Notes: generated from the letters alone by a model not told the origin. Counted from the stretch's first letter, positions 21,298-32,887 are shown. The stretch: DNA of 64,000 bases from Desulfobacterales bacterium (GCA_963668645.2 CAXXWC010000019.1:64001-128000); one strand, 5' to 3'. A program made the numbers and translations.

Positions 21298-23610
21298 TCA
21301 ATCCAGCCTATGCCGGGTAAAGGGTTGAGCGACTTTTGGCCACGGCTTGGCCCCATTAATCAGACCTGCAATGGCCTTGCCCACCACCGGCCATTGCAAA
21401 ACCGCCAACCAGCGCTGTTGCACCTCGCCTTTGGCGGCTATTTGATCCGGGTTCGCAAGGAGCCGATCGATCCCCCGGGCCAGATCCGCCGGGGTTGTAC
21501 CCGGCAGGCGGTGAACGACACCTCCCACATCCTCAAAAATGGGCAGCGGAGTAACCGCCGTGGGCGCACCGGAAGCTAGCCCCAGGCGCACCGCCGCGCT
21601 AGAGGATTCGGCACTGTGCTGATAAGGAAACACTATCAGTCTGGCCCGTAAAAGCAGGGCCCGAATATCCTCGGCGGGCAGAAAATCGGTGACCAGGCCC
21701 ACCCGCTGGGCCAGGCCCGTCTCGGAGATGGCCGCCAGACAATCCCGGTAATATACGAGCACCTCATCCTTGGGGTAAAAGGAGGTGAGCAGCAGCAGGC
21801 ACAGTTGCGGATGTGCCGGAGCAAGGCGGGCAAAGGCCCGGATCAGCTCCAAAATCCCTTTGTGAGGCATCAAGAACCCGAAAGAAGCGATAAAGCCGCC
21901 CCGGCGAAAAGCGGCGGGCAGTACCATGGACGAAGGTCGTGGGCGATACTTGGGGCCGGCCACGCCGTGGGGCAACAAGGCGCTGTTGTGAACCAGGCCC
22001 AACGCATGGAAAAAATTGAGATCATCCACGTTGTGCACCAGCAACCGGTAGACCCGGGCCAGCTCCCGGACCAGGGGACGCACATCCATGGTTTCGGTGC
22101 GGATGGCGTGAAAGACAATGGTCGTGGCAACGCCCATAAGCCGCAACCGGCGCAGCAGATTCCGGAACCGGGGCCGGGAAAAAAAACCGAAATGAAAGTT
22201 GATCAGGATCCGGCCGATCCGGTGCGCGGCCAGAAAACGGGGAATGGCGTAAAAAAAATCGTGGTGCCACCAGATGCGGTGTACGTTGGGCTCGTCGGTC
22301 CGGATGGCGTCCCCGAAATGCGGGGCCAGGATAACGATCTCCAACTCATCGAGCAATGGGGGCAGCAACTGGCGCGAATACTCGGCGATCCCGCAGCGCG
22401 TGTTCCAGGTGGTCACCAGGGCGGCGCGGGGCCTGGACGGACGCGAGGTTTTGACCCGATCGACCCTGCGCTCTTTCAGATCCGTGATGAAATCGAGCAG
22501 ACGCCGGGCGCAGGCTTGCCAGGTGAAACGTTCTCCGATCTGCTTGCGGGCCGCGGCGGTGCGCGCGGCGAGAACCTCCGGGGCTTCCTCAAACTGTGCG
22601 CGCAGCAGGCGTGCCAGGTGATCGGGGTCCGGTTCGGCCCAGACCGAAGCGAAGGGATTAAGATGGGACCGGGCCGCCTGCATGCGGTAATCGATGAGCC
22701 GGGCGGTGGCCGGATGGCAAAAATCCATCTGCCCCCCGAACCCGGTGGTGATCACGGGCAGCCCCAGCAGCATGGCCTCGGCCAGAGGCAGGCCGAAGCC
22801 CTCGCCCCGGGATGGGGCCACCACACAGTGGCAGCGCCGGTACAGATCCACGATACGTCCCGGAGGCAGGTCCCGGTCGATCAGGACCACGGCCGGCGGG
22901 TCCGGATGATGGCGCCGGAAATCGGCCACCTGGGATGCGGCGTCGTTGTGGGGATTGGGAAAGGTCTTGACCACCAGGGTGACCGCGTCGGCGCCGGTAA
23001 AAGCCCGGCCGTAGGCCCCGAGCAGGACGTCCAGACCCTTGCGCGGAAAACAGGAGGAGACGTGCAAAAACCGGTAGCCGGCCCCCAGATCCTCCGAACC
23101 GGATTCCGGTTTGGTGCGTAAAATGTGATCGGCCCCCAGGCCCACCGGAATCATGGGGCGAAAAACGCCGTTGTCCGCCAGGGTCTTGGCCACGAAGGCG
23201 GACATGACCGTCAACCCGTCCAGAGCCCGGTTGAAGGCCGCGGCGTGCTCGGGGGGAAAGCGGCTTTCCTCCCAACCGTAGGCGTTGGTCAAAAAAAGAG
23301 GTCGCTGCCCGTCTTTCTGATCACAGAACCGCTCCACCGGCACCAGCGGCGGCCAGGAGTTGAACAGGACCACCCGCGGGGATTCACCGGCGGCCCGCAT
23401 CCGTTCACCGCGCCACCACAGTTCGGCCTCCCGGCGATGGTCCTCGAAAAAAGCGGGCTCGGGTCTGTAAGCCTTTTGCGGATCGGGCCGGCACTCAAAG
23501 GAGAGACTTACCGCGCCGGGGAGCAATGCTTCCAGGGCCAGGGCCATCTCCCGGTTGACCAGGGCCAGGGAGTAGGAGCCGCTAAAGGGGCCGTCAATCC
23601 GGATTTGCAT
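21298..23610 (-). CDS. Two-domain GT4 (GT-B) glycosyltransferase
   Basis: Domain 1 has FLHVSSCFPRKG and PSRGEGFGLPLAEAM; domain 2 has TWNTRCGIAEYS, SFGFLMPHKG and ESSSAAVRLGLASG. Likely start is the ATG at 23610 (MQIRIDG), overlapping the upstream stop. Confidence 0.88.
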   Translation of the reverse strand: MQIRIDGPFSGSYSLALVNREMALALEALLPGAVSLSFECRPDPQKAYRPEPAFFEDHRREAELWWRGERMRAAGESPRVVLFNSWPPLVPVERFCDQKDGQRPLFLTNAYGWEESRFPPEHAAAFNRALDGLTVMSAFVAKTLADNGVFRPMIPVGLGADHILRTKPESGSEDLGAGYRFLHVSSCFPRKGLDVLLGAYGRAFTGADAVTLVVKTFPNPHNDAASQVADFRRHHPDPPAVVLIDRDLPPGRIVDLYRRCHCVVAPSRGEGFGLPLAEAMLLGLPVITTGFGGQMDFCHPATARLIDYRMQAARSHLNPFASVWAEPDPDHLARLLRAQFEEAPEVLAARTAAARKQIGERFTWQACARRLLDFITDLKERRVDRVKTSRPSRPRAALVTTWNTRCGIAEYSRQLLPPLLDELEIVILAPHFGDAIRTDEPNVHRIWWHHDFFYAIPRFLAAHRIGRILINFHFGFFSRPRFRNLLRRLRLMGVATTIVFHAIRTETMDVRPLVRELARVYRLLVHNVDDLNFFHALGLVHNSALLPHGVAGPKYRPRPSSMVLPAAFRRGGFIASFGFLMPHKGILELIRAFARLAPAHPQLCLLLLTSFYPKDEVLVYYRDCLAAISETGLAQRVGLVTDFLPAEDIRALLLRARLIVFPYQHSAESSSAAVRLGLASGAPTAVTPLPIFEDVGGVVHRLPGTTPADLARGIDRLLANPDQIAAKGEVQQRWLAVLQWPVVGKAIAGLINGAKPWPKVAQPFTRHRLD

Positions 23611-24466
23611 CGGGCTTGTAGCCGTAGGCGGCATAATCCATGGCAGCACAAAAAAAACGGTTGAGGCGCGGATCCTCGAAGATGGGCGGTTCAAAGATTT
23701 CCGGGCGCAGCACCCGGATATGGATGAACCCCACGGCAGCCATGGTGTGGGTGGTCAAAGGCGGGGGAACCGGATCCCGGTGAGTGGGATCCAGGCGGAA
23801 ATAGTAGGCACCGACCTGGAAGTTTTCCGGGTTGGGTGTTTCCAGCAGCACCAGGCCGCCGGGGCGCAAAACGCGAAAAATCTCCTGCAACAGTTCCGCC
23901 AGCACCGGAAGCTGCAAGTGTTCGATAAACTGAATGGCGCTGACGGCCGGCACCTGATCGGCCGGCAGGCATTTAAGAAAATCCAGGGCGTCGCCGGCCG
24001 CCACATCAAGACCGCGCTTCCGGCAATCGGCAATCATCAAAGGACTGCAGTCCACCCCCCGGGCCGGGACCCCGTGGCGGGCCAGCAGATCGAGCCACTC
24101 GCCCCGCCCGCAGCCCAGATCAAGAAGTGGCAAGGGCCAGGGGGGGGGCGGGAGGGCTTGAACCAGCGGCAGGTAATGGATCAGCCGCTTTTCCAGATCC
24201 TCTCGGCTGCCGCGAAATTGTTCCTCAAGAAAATGGTATATCTCGTCAGGATAAGTCCGGGCCGCTTCGCGGTGGAAGCGCTCGCGTTCCGCATCCAGTT
24301 CCGCTTCAATCCGCCGGACCTGGCCCGCGAGGGCCGGCAGGCGATACAACGACAAGGGCAGGGCGATAAACCTCCCCCAAAACGGCAGGGTTGCCAAACG
24401 CCGGTAAATCCGGCGCAGCCGGTCGAGGGGGGAAGGACGGGAGGCCGATGGCGGGTCAGAGGGCAT
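23594..24466 (-). CDS. Class I SAM-dependent methyltransferase with a short N-terminal coiled-coil (O-antigen capping-like)
   Basis: EEQFRGSRE, LLDLGCGRGEWL, IQFIEHL, LRPGGLVLLETPNPEN, DPTHRDP. Start uncertain (24466 or 24559). Confidence 0.85.
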   Translation of the reverse strand: MPSDPPSASRPSPLDRLRRIYRRLATLPFWGRFIALPLSLYRLPALAGQVRRIEAELDAERERFHREAARTYPDEIYHFLEEQFRGSREDLEKRLIHYLPLVQALPPPPWPLPLLDLGCGRGEWLDLLARHGVPARGVDCSPLMIADCRKRGLDVAAGDALDFLKCLPADQVPAVSAIQFIEHLQLPVLAELLQEIFRVLRPGGLVLLETPNPENFQVGAYYFRLDPTHRDPVPPPLTTHTMAAVGFIHIRVLRPEIFEPPIFEDPRLNRFFCAAMDYAAYGYKPDANPD

Positions 24467-24571
24467 GGGGATCTCTTGGCGAATATGGCATTTTAAGTGA
24501 TGAACCGTTGCATGGGGTGCGGATTCTATTCGTGATCCGGGTTTTGCGGCTGCAAGCAAGTCCCGGAAACC

Positions 24572-25765
24572 TCAGGCGACCACCTCAATCTCACAATCTG
24601 CCCGCGCCGTCCACCCCTGCCCTTCGTGCCAGCGAACACCTTCCTGCACCAGCCGCGGCTGGAGCCGGTAGCGTCCGGGCCGCGGCGGGGCCTCGGTGAG
24701 CATGTGAACCGCTGCAGCGGCGCCCGGTGGTATCAATCCCGGCGAGGTGCGCAGGCCGTCGAAAACCGCGTACCCGCCGGCGGCGTCGCACCAGTGGTAG
24801 GAAAGCAGCACCGGGTGCGCCCCCCGGCCGCTGAGTTGAAACCGGCTGCGGTTGTGAATCCGAACCACCAGCCAGAACCGCTCGCCCGCCTTGATGAGGG
24901 CGGGCGGTGGGCCGGTCGCATTCAGATCGACCGCAGCAGCCTCATCCGGGGGCAGGGGCGGGGTCGGTGCCAGGATGGCGGCAATGGGGGCGGGCGACAA
25001 GGGCCGGCGGGCCGCGACGGCGAACAGGTCCCTGGCCGAGGCCATCTCACGGCGCGAAAAGGGGCGCACCAGGCTGCCGGCCGGATCTTCGGGGGCGGCA
25101 AACCAAAAGAGCAGGTGCGGAAAAAAACGGCTCAGGCCACGGCGCAAAATCTGAGGCCTCTGCTCGTTGATGTGCATCTGTTTCTCGTAATCGCTGCGCG
25201 GGTCGGCCGGCAGGTCGATCCCCCGGGCGGCCGCGGCCCGCCGCTGCCTGGGATAGTCGTAATCGTAGTACCACCGGTTGGGAAAGGTATGCACCACAAA
25301 GAAACCGCCGGGCGCCAGATGGCGGGCCACCAGATCAAAAAGCGCCTCCACCTCAGGCGGCGAGAGGTGTTCCACCAGGTCGGCAGCCACGACGGCATCG
25401 AATCGGCCGTCCAGGGCCAGTTCGCTGACCGCCGTGCGATGAAAAACCACTCTCTGCCGCAGTTCAGGGTTGTCGCCAAAACAGGATTCGGCCAACTCCA
25501 GGGCCGCAGCGGAATAATCCACCGCCACCACTTCGGCGCCCTGCCGGGCGGCCTGGAAGGTCAGCTCTCCGCGGCCGCAGCCCAAATCCAGCACCCGGCG
25601 CGGATGGCGGTGCAGCAGTAGATCGGCCAGTGCCCCTAAGCGCGCATCGGTGATCACCCTGCCCCGGTGGCGGACAAAATCGTGGTATCCACCGCAATCG
25701 GTCAGAAAGTAGGCGGTGTCGTAGTGATCCTTCAGGTACGCTGAGCCGGGTTGGGAAAATGTCAT
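24572..25765 (-). CDS. SAM-dependent methyltransferase with a C-terminal Ig-like beta-sandwich domain
   Basis: VLDLGCGRGEL, DLVEHL, LAPGG in the N-terminal part; C-terminal LSYHW...FDGLRT...PPRPGRYRL...LVQEGVRW. Start 25765 or 25807. Confidence 0.82.
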   Translation of the reverse strand: MTFSQPGSAYLKDHYDTAYFLTDCGGYHDFVRHRGRVITDARLGALADLLLHRHPRRVLDLGCGRGELTFQAARQGAEVVAVDYSAAALELAESCFGDNPELRQRVVFHRTAVSELALDGRFDAVVAADLVEHLSPPEVEALFDLVARHLAPGGFFVVHTFPNRWYYDYDYPRQRRAAAARGIDLPADPRSDYEKQMHINEQRPQILRRGLSRFFPHLLFWFAAPEDPAGSLVRPFSRREMASARDLFAVAARRPLSPAPIAAILAPTPPLPPDEAAAVDLNATGPPPALIKAGERFWLVVRIHNRSRFQLSGRGAHPVLLSYHWCDAAGGYAVFDGLRTSPGLIPPGAAAAVHMLTEAPPRPGRYRLQPRLVQEGVRWHEGQGWTARADCEIEVVA

Positions 25766-25856
25766 TGATTGGGATAGAAGGCCAGGATTCTTCGGGGTCG
25801 AAAACAAATCTCCGCAGATAGAAAGATAGATGGAGAGCGTAGATTGGTTCTCAATC

Positions 25857-26882
25857 TTAGCGATTCTTTAGGGCAGTGTTTTGCCAGTACTGGCCCCCAT
25901 CGCGCGTCGTCATCCCCACTTGGCACTTTCTATCGCTGCGAAAAGAAAATCGTGTCGGCCGTTCACGAAGCAGTATCCACCCATGCTGGTGTAGGCATTC
26001 AATTAATTCGCCCTCAATCTTGCGACTGTGGGTTCCGACGAACATATGTCTCACGTGTTCCCCGATCAGCTCTGCCTCGTTCTGAATCACCTCCGACTCG
26101 GTTCCCTGAATATCGACATGCAGCAAATCAATTGATTTCAAAGAGTCAAATATTTCCGAAAGCGTCACGGCGGGCACTTCTTCATATTGAACCTGTCTGC
26201 CCACATAGTCCTCTTCGGAGATTTTGTCCGTCGCCTGGCCACCATTTTCACCTGCGCTATGAACAACCGGAAAATATAACGTGCCGGGTCTGGTGGCCAC
26301 CGCTCCATGGACAAGACGAACGGAAAATTTCGTTCCATTCAGTGAATCAGACGTTTCGCCGGAATTAGTTCTAATGTCATTGTCAGCCAAATGCGGGGAA
26401 ATCAGATCATATAAGAATCTGCTCGCCTCAACAGCCACTAAATTTACGGCCTTTTTGTTCATTCGACGTCCGATCACTCCGGCTGTGCAAATCCAAGCGC
26501 CAAATGAGGCGCCCAATTCAATGAGGGTAAATGAATCTTTCAAAGACTGCTCATAACTATGCAATAAAGCATAATACTCGATCGCCTCGGCGCGCACTGA
26601 ATCGTCCGGTATCGGTAGGTCCCCAATACATTTTCCCTCTAGATGCTGTGCCCACGGCACTAGATTGCCCCTGGTTTTAACGCCAAGAAAGTCAGTGATG
26701 AAACCTGCGGTTCCTTCTGTTTGGACATAATAGCGTCTGAATAAATCAATATCCTCCGGGACCCAGCCTCCAAAAAAGTCCTCTCCCAGATGCTCTCTGG
26801 CAATGAGCGATTGCGTGGCTCTGCTTAAACGGTTGGGTGGCTTCGCTAATTTGGCTTTTAAAAAACCCGGAATCGATTTCAA
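25857..26882 (-). CDS. FkbM-family methyltransferase, AT-richer than its neighbours
   Basis: IELGASFGAW, AVEAS, IDLLHVDIQGTE, VGTHSR. TTG at 26882 follows GAGGAG; the track starts it at 26909. Confidence 0.8.
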   Translation of the reverse strand: MKSIPGFLKAKLAKPPNRLSRATQSLIAREHLGEDFFGGWVPEDIDLFRRYYVQTEGTAGFITDFLGVKTRGNLVPWAQHLEGKCIGDLPIPDDSVRAEAIEYYALLHSYEQSLKDSFTLIELGASFGAWICTAGVIGRRMNKKAVNLVAVEASRFLYDLISPHLADNDIRTNSGETSDSLNGTKFSVRLVHGAVATRPGTLYFPVVHSAGENGGQATDKISEEDYVGRQVQYEEVPAVTLSEIFDSLKSIDLLHVDIQGTESEVIQNEAELIGEHVRHMFVGTHSRKIEGELIECLHQHGWILLRERPTRFSFRSDRKCQVGMTTRDGGQYWQNTALKNR

Positions 26883-26994
26883 TTTCTCTCCTCTTTCAAT
26901 GCTGAACACGTCTGCCTTAAAAAATAAAGAGGGCTGAACTTTCTCGCAACTTGGCAGTATCTCGTTTCCGCGAGCGGTAAACGGGAACTCTCAA

Positions 26995-28233
<1,239 letters not shown>

Positions 28234-28243
28234 GGGAAAATAA

Positions 28244-30367
28244 TCAGAACAGGGTAATCGCCTCAAGCCCCAACGCCAGTATCCGGTTATCCGTGTTGAT
28301 GCCAAGATCCACCGGACGGATCGCATCCTTAAAACGCAACCGCAGGCGCATCCATCCCAGCGCCAGGCTTTCTTCTTGAACGGCCTCGGGAATGGCAAAT
28401 TCGATGATGTTGCCGCGAAATCGGGTCAAATTTCCCGCGTAGACCACCTTCCCGCCGGCCTCGATCACCACCTCCTGGCTCGGATGGCTGGCCCCGAGAA
28501 GGGCCAGGGCCTCGATTCGCACATGGTGGATGGGCTGGGCGGCCGGCAGGATGATCTCGGCCGCCCGGCCCTCGGACCAGGTGCCCCAGGGCTCGGGGTG
28601 GGACCAGCCGCCCGTATTGAGGCAGGCCACGGCGGGACTGCCCTGGTTGAAGGGGATACGGTCTCCGACCTTCATCACGGGAAGCAGATCCGCCGCTTCC
28701 AGACGATCGGCCAGGGGCGGGCAGCCCGCGCAGTTGCCCCAACCCGGGGCCAACACGTTGAATCCGTCAACATGGGCCAGGACGTCGGCCCCGGCATCCA
28801 GATTGATGGCAGCTCCCAGCGTCACCCCGTCGTCCAGGACATAGAATGTGTCGGATGCGTAGCGGCCGGTTTCCACGGCCCGCAGGGCTGCAGCCTGGGC
28901 CGCAGCCAGCTTTCGGCTGCCGACCCGGGCAAGATAAACGGCGTCCGTGCCCATACGATGCTTTGCGGCGTAAGTAGACAGGGCCAGCCAGTGGGGCGAG
29001 AAGTTCTGGGGGGGAATCCACCGCACCTTGCGGTATCGCAAGGCCGCCGCTTCCCAGAAAGAATCCTCCAGCGGCGTGGCCCAGGCCGTGGCCGGTGCAG
29101 GCATCAGGTTGCGGCGGATCCCGGTCCAGGCAGCGCTGGTGTCCGCCACCTGGATCAACAGGGCTGCGACCAGCAACACAGCAGCCGTACGGGGAGGATG
29201 GCAGCGCACCGTGACGAAGACCACGCCCAGCACGATGGCATAAAAAACCGGCCAGAACATGCGGCCTGAGGAGCGAAAAACGTTGGCCGGGTAAACCCAG
29301 GAGTCCGGCAAGCCGCAGTGGAACTCATAGGGACCGACGCCGATCTTGTACGACAGGGCAAAAAGTGTCAGGCCGGCCAGGGCCGCTGCAAGCATCGGAA
29401 ACCGCCGGATGCGATCGAGAATGCCGGTGCGCCCGCCGATCAGGGCCGGCAGGCAGGCCGCGAGCAGCAACAGCACGCCCAATCCGAGAAAGTTGAAGCC
29501 CTCATAGTCACCCCCGGCTTCCGGTATGTCGTGCAGCACGTAGGACCAGCCGCTGCTGTCGAAAAGTGACAGCAGGTTGAAACGATAAAAACCGAACCCC
29601 CCGGTGATCGTGCCGGGGCCGACGGAAAAATAACCCGCTTGCCAGCAGGCCGCGGAAACAATCGCCGTCAGCAGTACCCACTCGCAAAGGGCCTTGCCCG
29701 GCGGCAGGCTCCGATTGATCGTACGGCCAGCCAGATCGGCCACCCAGAGGATCCCAACCATCGCCAGCAGATAGGAATGGACCCAGGCCGCCACAACCAA
29801 AAGCACCCCCCAGGCGGTGCGCCGCCACCGCGGTTTTCTTTCCAGGACCAGGTAAAGCGCCGCCAGAACCAGAAAATGGGCGGCCAGATTCATGTGGCCC
29901 TTGAGACGCCAGATCATCGGGGGCGAGAAAGCGAACAGACCGCTTGCCAGGGCGCGAATCCCGGGCCGATCGGTGATCCGCCCGGCAAGCTTCCAGCCAA
30001 ACCAGGCCTGGAGCACGAAACAGGCCAGCAGCCAGATGCCGAAGTACTGAAACGGTTCGGGCAGCCATCGGCCAAACAGCTTGAAAATGAAGGCCAACAG
30101 CGGATTGCTGTCCGAAAAGAGAATCGCACTACCCAATTCGAGTCCGCAATCGGGATTCAATCCGAGGGGAAACGACCAGTCGGCATGGCGGAAAAAAAGC
30201 CAACCGAGGTAGTGCTGAGCCGGGTCGACCAACCCGAGACAGGCGAGGTGCCCGATCCAGGCCAGATTGGTGGGATACAAAACCCGGGGGCCGGCTACGG
30301 TAAAGAAGGCCGCCGCTCCGATAGCCAGCGGCAAAACGGCCTGGATGATGGATTTTTCAGGTTTCAT
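28244..30367 (-). CDS. Polytopic membrane protein, putative GT-C (GtrC-like, DUF6311-like) periplasmic glycosyltransferase
   Basis: DPAQHYLGWLFFR...WSFPLGLNP...FSDSNPL...FQYFGIW, many hydrophobic segments, YEGFNFLGLG, FRSSGRMFWP, and a C-terminal GWSHPEPWGTWSEG beta domain. Adjacent to a GtrB-like gene. Confidence 0.75.
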   Translation of the reverse strand: MKPEKSIIQAVLPLAIGAAAFFTVAGPRVLYPTNLAWIGHLACLGLVDPAQHYLGWLFFRHADWSFPLGLNPDCGLELGSAILFSDSNPLLAFIFKLFGRWLPEPFQYFGIWLLACFVLQAWFGWKLAGRITDRPGIRALASGLFAFSPPMIWRLKGHMNLAAHFLVLAALYLVLERKPRWRRTAWGVLLVVAAWVHSYLLAMVGILWVADLAGRTINRSLPPGKALCEWVLLTAIVSAACWQAGYFSVGPGTITGGFGFYRFNLLSLFDSSGWSYVLHDIPEAGGDYEGFNFLGLGVLLLLAACLPALIGGRTGILDRIRRFPMLAAALAGLTLFALSYKIGVGPYEFHCGLPDSWVYPANVFRSSGRMFWPVFYAIVLGVVFVTVRCHPPRTAAVLLVAALLIQVADTSAAWTGIRRNLMPAPATAWATPLEDSFWEAAALRYRKVRWIPPQNFSPHWLALSTYAAKHRMGTDAVYLARVGSRKLAAAQAAALRAVETGRYASDTFYVLDDGVTLGAAINLDAGADVLAHVDGFNVLAPGWGNCAGCPPLADRLEAADLLPVMKVGDRIPFNQGSPAVACLNTGGWSHPEPWGTWSEGRAAEIILPAAQPIHHVRIEALALLGASHPSQEVVIEAGGKVVYAGNLTRFRGNIIEFAIPEAVQEESLALGWMRLRLRFKDAIRPVDLGINTDNRILALGLEAITLF

Positions 30368-30407
30368 CGACTCCAAAAGGCTCCAACTTCAACCACCGTG
30401 GACCGGA

Positions 30408-31382
30408 TCAGGGGACCGTTTGCGCATCTTCTCCTTCGTAGATGCGCCTCACCAGGTAAACCGGCCGCCGCTTGGACTCAATGTAGGTACGGCCCAAGTA
30501 TTCACCCAGCATCCCGATACCCATCAATTGCAGCCCGCCGAAAAACATGATCGCCACCATCAGGGACGCATAGCCGGGGGTGTCCCGGCCGAAAATCAGC
30601 GTCTTGACGATGATAAAGATTGTGAAGATAAAGGACATCAGCGAAATTGTAAATCCAATATAGGTCCAGATCCGCAGTGGTACCGTGCTGAAACTGGTAA
30701 TTCCCTCGATGGCGAAATTCCACAAACGCCAGCCATTAAACTTGGTTTGGCCTGCAGCCCTTTTGGGCCGCTCATAATCGACGCAAACGGTGCGAAATCC
30801 AGCCCAGGCAAAAAGTCCCTTCATGAACCGGCGCGACTCGCTCATGCCCCCTAAGGCGTCGACCACCTTTCGATCCATCAACCTGAAATCACCTATATTT
30901 TCCGGAAGCTTAGTATCTGCGACGGCATTGTGCAGCCGGTAGAACAACCCTGCAAATGTCCGTTTGGCCCAGGAATCGGCAGCCCGGTTCACCCGCCGGC
31001 CCAAAACCACCTCGTAGCCCTCACGCCATCTGGCGAGCATTTCCGGAATCACTTCGGGCGGATCCTGCAGATCCACGTCCAGCGGCACCACTACCCGGCC
31101 CCGGGCCGCATGGAGCCCGGCGGTCAGGGCGGCCTCCTTGCCGAAGTGCCGGCTCAGGTCCACCACCCGGATGCGTTTGTCGCGCCCCTGGCGTTCAAGA
31201 AGCCGTTCTATGGTATTGTCCGTACTGCCGTCGTTGACGAACACGAATTCCAGATGGACGTCATCCTGCCCGGCAAACACCTGGTTGACGCACACCAGAA
31301 AGGCATCGATCCCGTCTTCTTCGTTGAAGACGGGAACCACCAGCGACAGCAGCAACCGGTTATCCACGCAATGAGGGTCCAT
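30408..31382 (-). CDS. gtrB: GT2 bactoprenol glycosyltransferase (GtrB-like)
   Basis: VVPVFNEE, VNDGSTD, SRHFGKEAAL, DVDLQDPP, GDFRLMDR, two C-terminal TM helices, GEYLGRTYIESKRRP. Confidence 0.88.
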   Translation of the reverse strand: MDPHCVDNRLLLSLVVPVFNEEDGIDAFLVCVNQVFAGQDDVHLEFVFVNDGSTDNTIERLLERQGRDKRIRVVDLSRHFGKEAALTAGLHAARGRVVVPLDVDLQDPPEVIPEMLARWREGYEVVLGRRVNRAADSWAKRTFAGLFYRLHNAVADTKLPENIGDFRLMDRKVVDALGGMSESRRFMKGLFAWAGFRTVCVDYERPKRAAGQTKFNGWRLWNFAIEGITSFSTVPLRIWTYIGFTISLMSFIFTIFIIVKTLIFGRDTPGYASLMVAIMFFGGLQLMGIGMLGEYLGRTYIESKRRPVYLVRRIYEGEDAQTVP

Positions 31383-31392
31383 AAGAGGCGTC

Positions 31393-32817
31393 TCAACCTG
31401 CCGAAAGGCGTTGGGCCCGGTCGTAAATCACGGCGCAGGTTTCCTGCCAGGATACCGGCGCGTATCCGGCCCGCACCGCCGCCTCGCGGGCCGCCACGGC
31501 CTCGGGATGATTGAAGTACCAATCCAGCCGTTCCGTCCAGGCCTGAACGTCCCACGGGTCGAGGTATTCCACCAGGTCCCCGCCCACCTCAGGGATCGAG
31601 GCCGCACCGGAGGCCAGGCAAAATTTGCCGTGGGCCAGACTTTCGGCCACCGGCAGGCCCCACCCTTCGTAAAGGGATGGAAAAACGGTAAAATAGGCCC
31701 CTTGGTAGAGACGGGCCAGATCGCTGTCACTCACATGATTGAAAAGCCGGATATAGGGCTTGGTGCGATGGTCAAGGGCAAGATCGGACAGCAAGTCGTT
31801 CACCCCCCAACCCGGCATGCCCACAAAGACCAACAGCGGCAGATCCGTGCGGCCCGCATCGATCAACCGCGTATAGGCGCGGTATAGGGTTTGGTGGTTC
31901 TTACGCCGCTCGATGGTCGATACGTAGAGGATGAATTCTCTTTTAAGCACATCTTCGACTTCTGCCGACACAGGCCGGTGGCCGGGCGATTGGATATCGC
32001 TGCCGAGCCGGAGCACCTCGGTAGCGGGAACCGGGGTGCCGAGATTCTCCAGAAGCCGGATCAGATCGTTGCGCGAGCACTCGGAGATACACAGGATCAG
32101 ATCGGCGCTCCAGGCCACGTCCGCAAAGTACTTGGCGAATTTGGCGGCCACATCGCCGACGCAAAGGTGGGGGAACTTCACTGGGATGATATCGTAGCAG
32201 AAGAGCAGTGTCTTGAAGGCTTCTTTTCGTTTCTGCCTGTACAAATAGACGATGTCCTTCTGATCCCAATCAAGTCCGAGACTGATATAGACGTCACCGT
32301 TGGAAAACGGCGTTGGATGAGCAGCCGACACCGCCGAACCATAAGGGCTCGCATACAATGTTGGCGTCGACAGGGTTGGCCGCATCAACTCGCGAAACGC
32401 CAGCCGCCATTCTCTCAGCCCCCTGATCGCCGCATGAAAAGATGGTTTGCGCCGGGTGACAGACAGGTAGATCCGGTGCTGCAAATCTGCTGGCAATCCT
32501 TTAATTAATTTAAAAAACAAGGCTTTTAGACGCTCTCTCCCGGGGCGAGACGAAGCGGTGGCTTCATCCATCGTGTTGCCGGGACCAAAGGATGCCGACC
32601 CGTTCTGAGGCTGCCCGATCCTTTCGAGTGCCGCCCGAACGGCACGGGGCGCGACTTCATGATAACGCGTTGCAAGCCGATCGAATCGGCAAAAGCGGAC
32701 GGTCGAATCTTTTGAATCCAATGCATGGGCCGCGCACTCGGACTCGACGCGCAAGACACCCACTGCGGGTCTATCCCACCCTAGCAAGGTGGTAACATCC
32801 AGCCAGACGACAGGCAT
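31393..32817 (-). CDS. GT4 glycosyltransferase
   Basis: YVSTIERRKNH, FPSLYEGWGLPVAESL. ATG at 32817 is preceded by GAGGA; the track starts it at 32868. Confidence 0.88.
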   Translation of the reverse strand: MPVVWLDVTTLLGWDRPAVGVLRVESECAAHALDSKDSTVRFCRFDRLATRYHEVAPRAVRAALERIGQPQNGSASFGPGNTMDEATASSRPGRERLKALFFKLIKGLPADLQHRIYLSVTRRKPSFHAAIRGLREWRLAFRELMRPTLSTPTLYASPYGSAVSAAHPTPFSNGDVYISLGLDWDQKDIVYLYRQKRKEAFKTLLFCYDIIPVKFPHLCVGDVAAKFAKYFADVAWSADLILCISECSRNDLIRLLENLGTPVPATEVLRLGSDIQSPGHRPVSAEVEDVLKREFILYVSTIERRKNHQTLYRAYTRLIDAGRTDLPLLVFVGMPGWGVNDLLSDLALDHRTKPYIRLFNHVSDSDLARLYQGAYFTVFPSLYEGWGLPVAESLAHGKFCLASGAASIPEVGGDLVEYLDPWDVQAWTERLDWYFNHPEAVAAREAAVRAGYAPVSWQETCAVIYDRAQRLSAG

Positions 32818-32887
32818 CAGTAGTCCTCGATTCCTCGCAAGATCTGGAAATCCAGCTTTCAGGTTCATGCCACCGGGAAAAATGTTG

